DNA of 64,000 bases, from contig NMRA01000044.1 in the NCBI GenBank assembly GCA_002633005.1, positions 945,097 to 1,009,096 of the forward strand, read 5' to 3'. Source of the DNA: Phoronis australis. Lineage: Eukaryota; Animalia; Phoronida. Of this stretch, positions 27,101 through 37,800 are shown piece by piece. The translations under genes and the position numbers were made by a program. Positions within the stretch are counted from its first letter, which is position 1; each line of letters starts with the position of its first letter. The notes under the pieces were generated by a model. It was not told the DNA's origin and ran no database searches. It saw only the letters and a list, made by a program, of their open reading frames with translations.

Positions 27101-27929
27101 GTGGAGAAAATGACATTTGATGCATTGTTAACTTAAATGGCTGTAACGGGCAAGGTGTCGGTTTACTCCCACATTTTGCATGCACCCCATTCAGCAGTCT
27201 TTAACTCTACATGTTGATCAGGTTTCATGGTGAGGTAACGAGAAAAACTACCCTAGCTGTGTGCCAAATTCGGGGTCTATGGAAGATTAACACACAGCAG
27301 TACCTAGCTGCATTTTGACGATAGTCTTCATACAGCTAGCTGGCTGATTGTGCGTGAACTTGGAATCTTGCTTAATCTGAAGATCGCGTATGAACTTGCT
27401 GGGAATATACCAAAGGAAACTTGCCCAAGTTCACTCAAATAATCACGTTCACGTCGATAAAAATTGCACTGCACTAAATCAAATTACATGTTAATAAAAT
27501 AACATATATTTTAACCAGTCTTTTTTGCAACTATTGGCGATTTTATTCATCAAACAATAAATTAATTTAACCTTTCACATATTCCTCTGATTCCTTTGAC
27601 ACAAGTTAAGGAAAATGGGGAAAACTGGTGATTATGAGGCCAGTAATTACAAAAATTTACACTGAACAAAAAATTTCACCCGGTTGCACAAATGAATATT
27701 CAATTCCAAGTTCACGCGTACGCGATCTCGAGATTAAGCAGGATTCCAAGTTCACGCACAGCACATGGGGTTCGAAACTTGGAACATAGTGATTTTTCAT
27801 TATACTACCTTTAAAGATATCAAACTCTTCATTGATCTGAAGTAATTTGAATGCACTCCTAGCTCGCCAACCTTCTTCTTTGGCTAGTCTATAGTAAACG
27901 TCCCTTTTATCTTTTGATGAACGGCCCAT
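11962..27929 (-). CDS. FTSJ1: tRNA (cytidine32/guanosine34-2'-O)-methyltransferase FTSJ1/TRM7, 10 coding exons, about 332 aa
   Basis: Spliced ORF with GT-AG introns and consistent phases: 27929-27809, 26623-26554 (duplicate copy 23977-23908), 22502-22397, 21797-21719, 21243-21191, 18745-18692, 15338-15236, 14246-14163, 13194-13091, 12186-11962 (999 nt). Motifs: [103 protein letters not shown]. The K-D-K-E catalytic tetrad is present. Confidence 0.97.
12790..12960. mobile_element. Short hAT-like MITE
   Basis: Imperfect TIRs CAAGGGGTAGAAACGAT / ATCGTTTCCATACCCTG. Confidence 0.4.
13091..13194 (-). CDS. FTSJ1: FTSJ1 exon 9
   Basis: tttcag|[35 protein letters not shown]|gtgaat. Confidence 0.93.
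14163..14246 (-). CDS. FTSJ1: FTSJ1 exon 8
   Basis: tttcag|[28 protein letters not shown]|gtgagt. Confidence 0.93.
15002..15215. mobile_element. hAT-like MITE family (CAGTGGCGGATTTAGGGGGGG...); related copies at about 37623-37783, 39800-39897, 48330-48353 and 63456-63625
   Basis: Shared CAGTGGCGGAT/ATCCRCCHCTG ends, G/C runs and, in several copies, a CCATTTGGMAGTTYGGGG core. Confidence 0.6.
15236..15338 (-). CDS. FTSJ1: FTSJ1 exon 7
   Basis: ttgcag|[34 protein letters not shown]|gtaggt. Confidence 0.93.
18692..18745 (-). CDS. FTSJ1: FTSJ1 exon 6
   Basis: attag|[18 protein letters not shown]|gtaggt. Confidence 0.93.
21191..21243 (-). CDS. FTSJ1: FTSJ1 exon 5
   Basis: ctccag|[18 protein letters not shown]|gtgagt. 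Confidence 0.93.
21719..21797 (-). CDS. FTSJ1: FTSJ1 exon 4
   Basis: ttccag|[26 protein letters not shown]|gtgaga. Confidence 0.93.
22397..22502 (-). CDS. FTSJ1: FTSJ1 exon 3
   Basis: tttcag|[35 protein letters not shown]|gtgagt. Confidence 0.93.
22570..24906 (+). repeat. Near-identical duplicate of 25202-27559 (includes FTSJ1 exon 2)
   Basis: Colinear over about 2.3 kb with scattered SNPs and indels; N join at 25201. Confidence 0.92.
23908..23977 (-). CDS. FTSJ1: FTSJ1 exon 2, duplicate copy B (probably allelic, an assembly duplicate)
   Basis: Same 70-nt exon and splice sites with one synonymous difference (TTG vs CTG Leu); lies inside the 22570-24906 duplicate block. Confidence 0.8.
24907..25200. 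mobile_element. Insertion present in only one duplicate copy, truncated by an N join
   Basis: The two copies diverge after CAAACAATA; the inserted sequence starts TAGTCCGG and is absent at 27559. Confidence 0.5.
26554..26623 (-). CDS. FTSJ1: FTSJ1 exon 2 (SAM-binding motif), copy A
   Basis: ttttcag|[24 protein letters not shown]|gtgcgt, 70 nt. Confidence 0.92.
27349..27760. mobile_element. MITE with about 50-bp inverted repeats in FTSJ1 intron 1
   Basis: TGTGCGTGAACTTGGAATCTTGCTTAATCTGAAGATCGCGTA at the left is the reverse complement of TACGCGATCTCGAGATTAAGCAGGATTCCAAGTTCACGCACA at the right. Confidence 0.7.
27809..27929 (-). CDS. FTSJ1: FTSJ1 coding exon 1
   Basis: ATG at 27929; [40 protein letters not shown]; donor G|gtagta. 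Confidence 0.95.
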
Positions 27930-30051
27930 ACTCCTTTTCGTGAGACCTTTGGCTTTACTTCCTGTGTGTTATTGATTCCATAGTACTTGAAAGGTGGCGC
28001 TTGCGACGGAACCTCCGAAATTAGGAAATTTCGTCCAAGCCAAGGCGAGAAGTGGCAAGCAGGTGATTAACTGTGAAGACTGGCTTTGAGAACAGAATTA
28101 TATCAAAGTAAATACCAATGAAACAAAGGCACAACCATGTGTAAATAATCTGGAATTTTAGATTTGTTGGAGAATGTCTACTGTCTAGTTTCAGTTTGGG
28201 TTTCCAAGAAGTAGCCCACAAGCTCAAGCGCCTGTGCCTACAAGTTGGTTTCCGGTTGTTTCTCGCTTCGCTCGGTTCCGTGAGGTTGTGTTTCTGTGTT
28301 CACAACGGTCAGTTAAATTCTGTTTGCCTAATCCTTTTTATTTCAGTGATTTTTAGTTCTTTGAAAGGTATATGTACTTTAGTTGTTTTTAGATTAGTAA
28401 ATCAGTATTTACAGCCATGGCCCTAGCCTTTTTTGCTAGTCTAGGCAGATTTTTATGAAATTTAAATGTGTTCGTATTAAAATAGTTGACAGGTTTCGGG
28501 GTTTTTTGGTTTTTTTTGATAGATTTGACGTATAGCAGCTGTTTTTGTAATCATGAAAATTCAAATAGGTTACAGTTAAGGAGAGGACGATACCTTCTCG
28601 TGTCTTTTAAACATTTTTTACCACGTCGACTTGACCCTCTCCATCCTCCAACCTCTTGAGGGTTCATTATTAAAATTTGGAGTATACCTGATGAGAAGAC
28701 TGAGGCTGAAATTGATTTTCAGACATGTTCACCTACTCTGGCACTCCCTAGGGCAATTGTATTTTTTGCGTTCACGACGGTATCTCGTTTACCCTTTGCA
28801 AGATCTTTCTAGAATTTAGCAGATTTGTTCTTATGAAGGTGGCAACAGATGACAATTTCACACCAAGTCAACTAGTACCGCAGTTTTATTTTTCATGTTT
28901 GCCTCAGTAACTTCAGAGTCCCTTGATGCCAGGCCTTCATGCTAGCAGCGCAGGTCCTAGTACTAATCTGAACACCCTGGCAAGGACACCCAATGTCAAT
29001 CAGAATTTCTCCAGTTAGGACATCCACATTGTATTAGTATTAGGACTGGCAGTTAATCAAATATCCATGATATTTTAAGAGAGAAATCAGTGTTTCCCCT
29101 GGGTTTTGAAAGGAGCATGGTAGTAAATGGCCAAAACAGGGTGCAAAGCCCGTTGCCGCTTGGAATATGAGAAGTGGGATCCCCCTATTGTCTGGGTTTC
29201 GAAAGGAGCGTGGTGTTGAATGCTCGACGCGGATGTGGACCCTGGCGCCAAATGGCCAGCATGGGATGAAGTGAGATTTTTCCATCGGGGGGGAGGGGTT
29301 GGGAGACCTTCCCCAGGCAAAATTTGAAAATTAGATGTAATTGGTTGCAGTTTGCTTATCATAGACAAGACCCTAACTAAAGCATGATGTAGTAGAAATA
29401 TCTGGGTAAAGGACACTTTGCAAGAGAAATTGGCAAGGAAGTGTCCATCATCTCTGTCGCACTTGTGTTGAGTACAGTGTTAAAATTCAATTATCCATGA
29501 AGTGACAAACATAGAACAAAAATATGTGAACTTTGTAGACGTATAAACTAATTCGTGTCATGAAACTTCCATTGATATCGTCTTGCTAAACATAAATCAG
29601 TCATAGTGGATTGGCGTTGGCCGGCGTAGCAGATGATGTATAATACAGTCCACATGATGCAGACGAATCTGAGACTGCCTTCAATATCGTCATTTTGGCA
29701 TAGGGCTATGGTTGATTGAACGCCCTGCAATATAATTCACAAGGTCTTATGTAAACTCGGACATAATAAAATTAATGAATCAGAAATCTTACTGTTTCTT
29801 ACTTCATTAGCGAGTCCTGGTGCTTTCCCATGTTAGAAAATTCGTATCGAGGTCGTTGACTGGTCCCCGGCTATATTAAGTTTATATTCATTGTCAGATA
29901 ACCAGGCAGAAACAAGGTACGAATAGGGATTGGGAATTGGATGATTGTGTTTAACTGGGGCACAATTTAAGATCCCATTGTAAAATTATTATTTTTCCCT
30001 TTCGATCCACAAATGGCGAAAGGTGCCTTGTGACTTGTACTTATTCATTAT

Positions 30052-30186
30052 TACTAGCGATCATTTTTACTAGCGATCATTTTTACTTGCGATCGTTTTT
30101 ACATGTGATTCATTTTACTCGCGATCGTTTTTGTTAGCGATCATTTTTAATAGCGATCACTAGCGATCATTTTTACTAGCGATTTT
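30052..30186. repeat. Minisatellite with a unit of about 16 bp (TACTAGCGATCATTTT), about 8 copies
   Basis: Degenerate tandem units read directly from the sequence. Confidence 0.8.
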
Positions 30187-31777
30187 TGCGTGGCGGTGAA
30201 GTTTCCTCGTCACGATTAGATGTGTGGCTTTCAATTTGAGTATGATTTACGAGTGGCNTTATGAGCGAGAGCGTAGGCCTATAACCGCCTCAGAGTTAAC
30301 GTGAGTCTCCAAATCATTTAACGATTTCGGTCGTAAAACACCAGCGAAGTATCAATCGTACATGTACAGCGTAATTACGGGCGACGATTTCCCCTCCCCC
30401 CGCGAGCTATCACGATAAATTGCCACCCCAAAGAAACCGTGTGGCTGGCACTGAGTTATAATTTTCAGGTTATGGGGTTTCAAAATGGATTTGACCAATT
30501 TGAAAAGCGGCATGAGTGCCCACTGGTCGAATTTTGGGACGATCGACTGAGCGATCGGTTAATTAGTCAAAGGTTGGAAAAGTTATAAGTGATTTCTGCT
30601 ATTGATTCCACCTTGAAATCATCTGCTCGGCGCCTACATTAAAGACACCTTTGTGGGCTACATTAGCGCCTGGTCTTTACCAGTGACAAATGTCAGTTCG
30701 TTTCAAGCACTGAAAGCATTTCCAAATTGACAAAGGTACAATTTGAGTGCATTTCCACAGCGGTAAGAAGGGGCAAAATTGGTCGGGTTAGCTACGGTAT
30801 TACGCCGTCGCTACAACTATGCGACGTGATGGTGTGAGCAGTGACGTAACGTTGCAGGGTGTCCGTGAGCCAGTCGGGGCCTTGTACTGTGAGAGAGCAG
30901 TTTGAGAGACGTTTTCACATGGCAATTATATTTTTCATGTAAGGTGAATTATTTCTAATCCATTTTTCAAGGGCGTACGGGCTCCCTTTTCCCTCGATTT
31001 TAAAGACATCAAATCTAGAATTTTCAAATTGTTGACATAGGGTCCCCCCTTTTTAAAAAATCCTTGAACCGATCCCCCTTTTATCCTGGATCCACCCCTG
31101 CTCGCAGGTAAGAACCCATGGCTAGTTTTGAATATCCAAAGTTACTAAATATTATTCATTTTAAATCTGATAATGAAAGGCAGATAGTAAAACAAGTTGT
31201 ATACAAAGCATGCATCGGAGTATTTTTGTAGTGTAGTCAGGGGGTCTTGAAGAACAACGTAATTGGTAATCATTTGATCAGTGAAGTGTAGCCTGGAATT
31301 AAGAAAATGTATAAATTAAAAAGCTTCACTCTTTATCTGACTAAAACGCAAACATCGAATAATGCCTTTTTTCTCATGAATTAGGTCCCATTAAATGTCT
31401 TACAGCGACAGTCTTCCATTTCCATTAATGGTAACAGGTACAACGAAACACCCTAGCAACTTAAGAAAACGCATCAAACTCTATTGGGATTGACCAAACC
31501 TAAAATTGCGAAATCGAAAATGGCGCATGTTGAAATTGGATAGTCCCCACTTGGAAATGTCGATGACCGTTTGCAATGTGCACGATAAACAAATTAAGTC
31601 GCGTACAACGGGAACGGCCGGGGTTATACAGAGTCTCAAGTTAGGACTGGTCCAGCTGTAAGATAGTTTTACAAGCTGGTGGGCATTTGCGCTGGTGCAT
31701 TTTCACTGCCGGTGCACAGACGTTTGGACCTACATTGTCGGAATCGCCAGGCAGCGAACAGAGGAAATCAAAACGAG

Positions 31778-31849
31778 ATGCTGAAGTTCACTACCGCGGT
31801 GCTCGCGTGCTCGGCAGCGTGCTCGCTGGTCTGTCTTTCTTTCTCGCTA
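31778..31849 (+). CDS. ITIH-like exon 1 (signal peptide)
   Basis: ATG-MLKFTTAVLACSAACSLVCLSFSL|gtaagt; hydrophobic stretch, phase-0 donor in frame with the next exon. Confidence 0.75.
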
Positions 31850-34800
31850 GTAAGTGAACGTTTTCAGTTGATCAGACACAGTGTTGTTTGTTGCTGCTGC
31901 AAGACCAGTATTGTGTGTGCTCTCGCCGTTGGTTTGCCCTAGGAACAAGTCTCTTCAGTGGTTCCTAGGTTTACCTGAATTCAATGGACTCCGTCACGCT
32001 TCTTTTAAATTCACTGCCAACCAGGATATGCCTGAAGCTGTTGTAAACACGCGTTAGGTCACTTACCGCTGCAAAACTGTAACGAGAAGCGGGACAGGGC
32101 TGGCAAAAACGAGAGGTTGCTTGAGACACCTGGGAGGTTCTCGACTACATTTTCTGCAGTGGTGTCACTGGAAAATTAGGAATATGCTCCCATTCAATGA
32201 GGGATATTGGAAAACGGTCCCATTAATAGCGAATGGTGTTATACTATATGAGAAATACCGGCCTCTTGCATAGGTTAATTCCGTCAACCTATCCCTTTTG
32301 TACTGGGAAGCTGAATTTAACCTCATGCATTAAGGCACCTGAAAATAGACCGAGAGGAGATGTCATGTTGTCAAGGCAAGAGTGAGGACAACATTACAAA
32401 ATTATTGTCAAAATACAAACAACGTTAAACCCTTCTTGTGTGTATATTTAGTTGGAAAAAGAAGCTTCTATAGAGTTTGGAATTCCCAAAGTGAACCCTT
32501 TTGAAGGGGATTTTGCAGGAATAGGACAATCTTTCGTTAGGAATGAAGTCGGGAAAGGCCGCACCCTTTCTAATTAAGGGTAACTGAGCGACACGTTCCG
32601 GCCTCTTCTGTGGGAGTACCACGTAGGCCGGACTGCAGTGAGAACAATTTAACTCTAAGTGGGTCTAAATCAGCTGTCAGTGTTGTGACGGAAGACGTCG
32701 GGTTTGTAACACTTAGCTTATTTTGTGTAGTCTAGCGCTAGAGATATTGGGTTATTTTATGAAGCACATAATCCACCTGGGGTAAAGCGTAACTGCACGA
32801 TGAGGATGGCAACTGAGGACTGATATTCAGGGGATGGAAACGAATCCTTCCAGTGGTCACGCCTCTCAAATGTAGCCACGGACCCCTAAGCCGAAACATT
32901 GGATTACCAAACACCAAACCAGCGGTACTTATCCCAGATTTGCGACCCTGAACTCCACACGCGCGCCTAAAATGCTCAAAAACTCGATAACTGTCGAACT
33001 CCAGGGACCAGATTCCTCACCCAATAAGTTGTGGGATTTTGACGAAATTTCCAAGATGTTTTGCCCATGTTATAAACCTGAGACTCGTGTAGGATTTTTT
33101 ATGTGTTTGCAAGAGCAGAATTTTGGCAAATGGGGAACGAACTGCAACATGTAAGAAAAGAATTAAATGAAATATTTATCAATGAGAAACATACGCTTAT
33201 TAACAAGAATGCAGTTGCAGCCCGTTAGCGTCTCTACGCAATTTTAAAATTGTTTCACGGAGTTTTTTGGCAACGTAGCGGAAGAATTACTTTGAATACA
33301 CTCGAATTTTCCCCAGTACTTACTGCCACTCCTGTCATGGCATTGTGGAATAACGGATAATTATTTAATTCTGACCGTTTGCTGTCACGTGGTTGTTATT
33401 GTTTGATGCACGGCGGCACCTTACGCCCACAAACATCTGTTTCCGTGTGATCAACATCAAGATTCAGTGTACCTAACCTGCAGTTGCACGGTTAAAGATT
33501 CAGTGACGATAACGGGGCAAACTAAAAGTCTTAACGGCAGAGGTTCTTACAATACATTATTTCGTTCAAAAAAACAGAATGTAGGGAAAATATGTATGAA
33601 AAGTTCACGGAAATTTAAGAATGGCACAGAAATGAGACTTCCATTTCAAGACGTTTTACATCATCTTTTTTTTTGGAAACGTACGTATCCGTTCCGTTCT
33701 ATTTTCAGGATGCTAATCCTGCGGGCCAGGGTCCGTTGGAAATAGTCTTCTCCTTTGATACCACGACATCGATGGCTCCTGTCATAAACATTGTCAGAAG
33801 CAAGGTGGAGGAACTGATCGGTCGGTTACAGGTCTGCACAGATTACATTTTAATTCGTTGTAAACGTGTTTTTACAATTTACAATGTCTCTTGTCGTTAA
33901 AAAAATATTGGGCCATTATGTGGGTGCGGGCAATGTGTTTTTACTTTTTTCATTAATTGTTAGGAGTTCGTTCATCGAAGGTAATTTAAAAATAAAATTT
34001 AGCGGATTTAAGTCCAACCAAGATTAATCATTCCAACTGTTTGTTTGTGTAGTTTTATAGGCTTTTATATTTCCAAATCTTCTTTTTAGTCTGACATCCC
34101 GGATATTCGAATAGCCGTTTTCGCACAAAGCGAGTACGGTGTAAAGTACATCACGAAAGAGCAAGGGACGAGGTACACAACAACTTTTATTGACTTCAGC
34201 AAAAACGTCGAGGATTTAAAGACGTTTGTCCGCGAAGTTCGCCAATGGACCAATCCGAACTACGACATGCCGGAGGCATACGAGCGCGCTTTGCGGGACG
34301 TGCGAACTGAGCTCTCATGGACGCCGGGCTCTCGACGAGCGTTAGTACTGATTGGAGATGATGAACCGCACGAAGCAGACTACAGGAAAAATGTGGACAA
34401 GATTGATTGGAAAGAAGAGAGTTATAATCTCCGGGATATGGTAAGGCAAACATCTTTCCAAACGTCAGATGTCCTTAAAGGGGCATACAGTGTGAAAAAC
34501 GCAGTCGGGGGAGGGGATTATTTTATATGTTAGACTTCTTGAAGTTTTTTTTACTTGACCATAGCTACATGTACATGTGTAAATTTACGAAGTCCGTTGT
34601 TTTTGTGATTTTATTAGAAATCGCCTGTTTCCGCCCTTGGCTCGCAGCCATTCGGGAGAATTAATTGAAATTGAGGCATGTCCCCTTTTAATTGTATACA
34701 CTGAAAATACTCCCCGGCTGACTGGAACAATAAATATTTTCTCTACTTAGAAAGTGTTCGAGTGCAACGCCTGGATTCTTGGGCTTCAACCCACCTTGGG

Positions 34801-37800
34801 GATAATCTTAAATACACACCCGTGTTGCCGATAGTGTCTTTTTAGTCGTCCTTGTAGCTACGCAACATTAGTTTTTTCGTAATTACCAGCGCCTAATTAA
34901 GATCATGAAGGGACTCCACGTGTGCTTATCGCACTGTGGCTGGTTCCAAAAACAGTCCCTAAGTTAAGAAGACAACAAAGAAACGTAGGGGTTTATTTTT
35001 GAATAGGGCTGGCTTTTTGGAATTATTAGCTTTGACCAGAGCTATAAAACAGCAAAATCTGTTGTATTTTCTGTAACTTATTATCGCCGAAAACTAACAA
35101 AGGTTTTTACTCAAAGTTAACTGGAATAGATTGTTGTTGAAACACTTGTAATGTTTTCATTTTGAGGGTGTTCAACTGGAAATGTTGAATTCTTAACTGA
35201 AGCACTTTTGGTGGAAAAACAGTACAACCATAGACATCATGAAATAAATTATAAATTTGCGCGATCTTACTGGTTTCTCTTGAAAAAACGAAAAGATGAA
35301 ACGCTCGCAGTGGATGGACAAGCGTGCCGCCGCTTAGGCAACTCGAGAATCTGCCAATGGTTGCGATCTTCTATTAGTTTGATATTTTCCATGTCGACTC
35401 ATAGAAAACGCTTGTAAGTGTTGCATCACATGTTTTTATGTTTCTGGAAAAAATCACGCGCTTTGAACACGGCAATTTACCCCGTTTGTTTACACGGTGA
35501 TTAAATATCGGGGTGGCGTTGGCGACACGCCAAGGTAGGACAGTCTTAACGGTAAACTGTCTCGACATGTATGTTCAGAGCAGTTGGTTCCATCAATTAA
35601 AAAAGCTGCGATTTCTGTAACTGAGGAGAACTGAGTTTTGTTTAGTGTCCAAGAGCTTAATGCATAACATTACGAGCCAGGTCTGACCCACTTTTGAGTT
35701 CCGTCTCAGGCAACAACGAGCCGTGACCTAAAGCACTAAAATCATTTGTAGAGTGATTGAGAAACATGTTTTAATGTGTTCGTAATAGCATAAATAAATA
35801 TTTGAATACTCATATTAGATATTGCTTACATGCTTATGGTTCTATATATACTACTTTCGCCTATGTACTGTCTACAACCCTGATATGATGCTTCGCGATT
35901 TCTGGGTTTGTCATTATTTTCCTTGTACAAAGAACCATGTGCACACGAGTTTTATAACGTGAGACGATTTAAATCGAAAGCTTATTTTTTGACAGAAGTT
36001 TTATGAGCTGCTGTAAGGACTGGTGAATCTAAATACTATATAAAAAGGAAACCATGCGATACTAGTTTAAACAGAAAGTGGTCTAATTCAGTTCCACGTA
36101 TCTTATAATTGTCGCTACCACAACACGTGTCAATCAGTGAATAACTCACAACACACCTTAACAGTTGGAAAGTTTGTGTAAAAACGCTGAAAGGACAAAC
36201 AAGGGCAACTGGCACTGAGCACTATAGTCTAAATAAACACGGTGAAGTGCGTCACTGGGACACAAATGGAAGTAGCCAGATTCTAGTACAGTTTTGAGTT
36301 GGTGAATCGAACTGTCCGTAAGATTGCGTGAGCGTAGCTGGCCTCATTTATCGTTTATGGCATTGAAATGTGGACTCGTGGAGACATTTTTAAAGAGAAA
36401 TACACTGCATTTCGCCCTGTCGAGTGGTCAAAAACTGAAAACCGATTTAGAATTTTATTCTCATAAAATCCGTCTCCAAATATTGTTTACCGTGACAGGA
36501 CTCCATTTCCGTTTCCAACAAGGACATCGAACTCATCAGCGACTCGGAAAAACGCTTTACAGTTAATAGAGGATGGCCAATCCTAAAATTGCACGTTCGC
36601 ATTGTCTGAGACTAGAGTTGCTGGCTCATTTGGCTGCACTTTAAGAATAGAAAAAATTGCTAGCCTCAAACTGCTGTAGACGTTTTGAAAACTGAATGTG
36701 TAAAGGGTTTTGCATTGTTGTTTGATGTTTCATTGCGCAAACCGTGTATGGCCAGGCTTGATTTGTGCCAGCAAGATTGATACAGCCATGACACAGGCTT
36801 AGAATTTAACTGTCTAGTTTCGGCTACTGATGAAACTGGGACATCGTTTTTGTTGGCATGGTCTTTTAAAGTTTTATAGGACCTTATCGACAGATTTGCG
36901 TTTCCAAATATTTACCGTAGAAAATATATCTGAAACTAAATAAGGCGATCCAGATCCTCCCAAGGATACTATTGTTTCATGAAATGAAGAATATAAATCG
37001 GTAAATAAAACAACAAGAATGGATCAACTGAAATTTGAAATTTTCGGAGGTAACAACTTCCTTTATCAACAAAAACAGAAATATTTACAAAACGGTAGAC
37101 TTTAACTCTGTAACAGAATGTATTTTCTGGAGTGCCTGTAGCATTTTTTGTCAATTTGCCATTATGTGGGTCACATGGATAGGAACTTGTTACAGTAAAA
37201 TTTAGCAAAGAAAATTTAGGTACATCCATAGCAAAATAACAAGATCAAATTTTGTTTGGTACGTATAGAAGATAAGATGAAGTCTCAAAAATGCTGTTAC
37301 AATTTTCTGAATTGTCATTTCGTTTTTGTTTCATGCAACTTTCGCGTCTTTCACGAAAATCATTAAGGTTTTATTATTTGATATCATTTTTTGGAAAATG
37401 GAACGTTAAAAATATTTCCTATCAGTCTTTTTTGAACAGCGCATAAAGCATAGTATCTTAGTTTCATGTAAATCTGATCAGCCATTTCTGAGACATGATG
37501 TTCCGAAGTTAACGTCTTGCTAACTTTAAGCGCTGTGAGTCAACAGAAGCGACATCTTTCGCTAGACAGGTCCATCCTTCTGAAGTTATTTTTGATAAAA
37601 TATACGCCAATTTCCGTATTACCAGGGGCAAATCCACGATTTTTAGTTAAGGGGGACCAGAGCAGAGTTTTTGTCATGATTTTCCTGTCAGACATTCGCA
37701 CTCCCGAACTGCCAAATGGAATCTGGGAGAATTTTAGGGGGGGCATGGCCCCCTTGCCCCCCCCCCCCTTAAATCCACCACTGATTACGTTATCGTGAAC

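Noticed and set aside
30052-30186. CRISPR-like array
   Set aside because: The units are contiguous with no unique spacers and the context is eukaryotic; it is a minisatellite.
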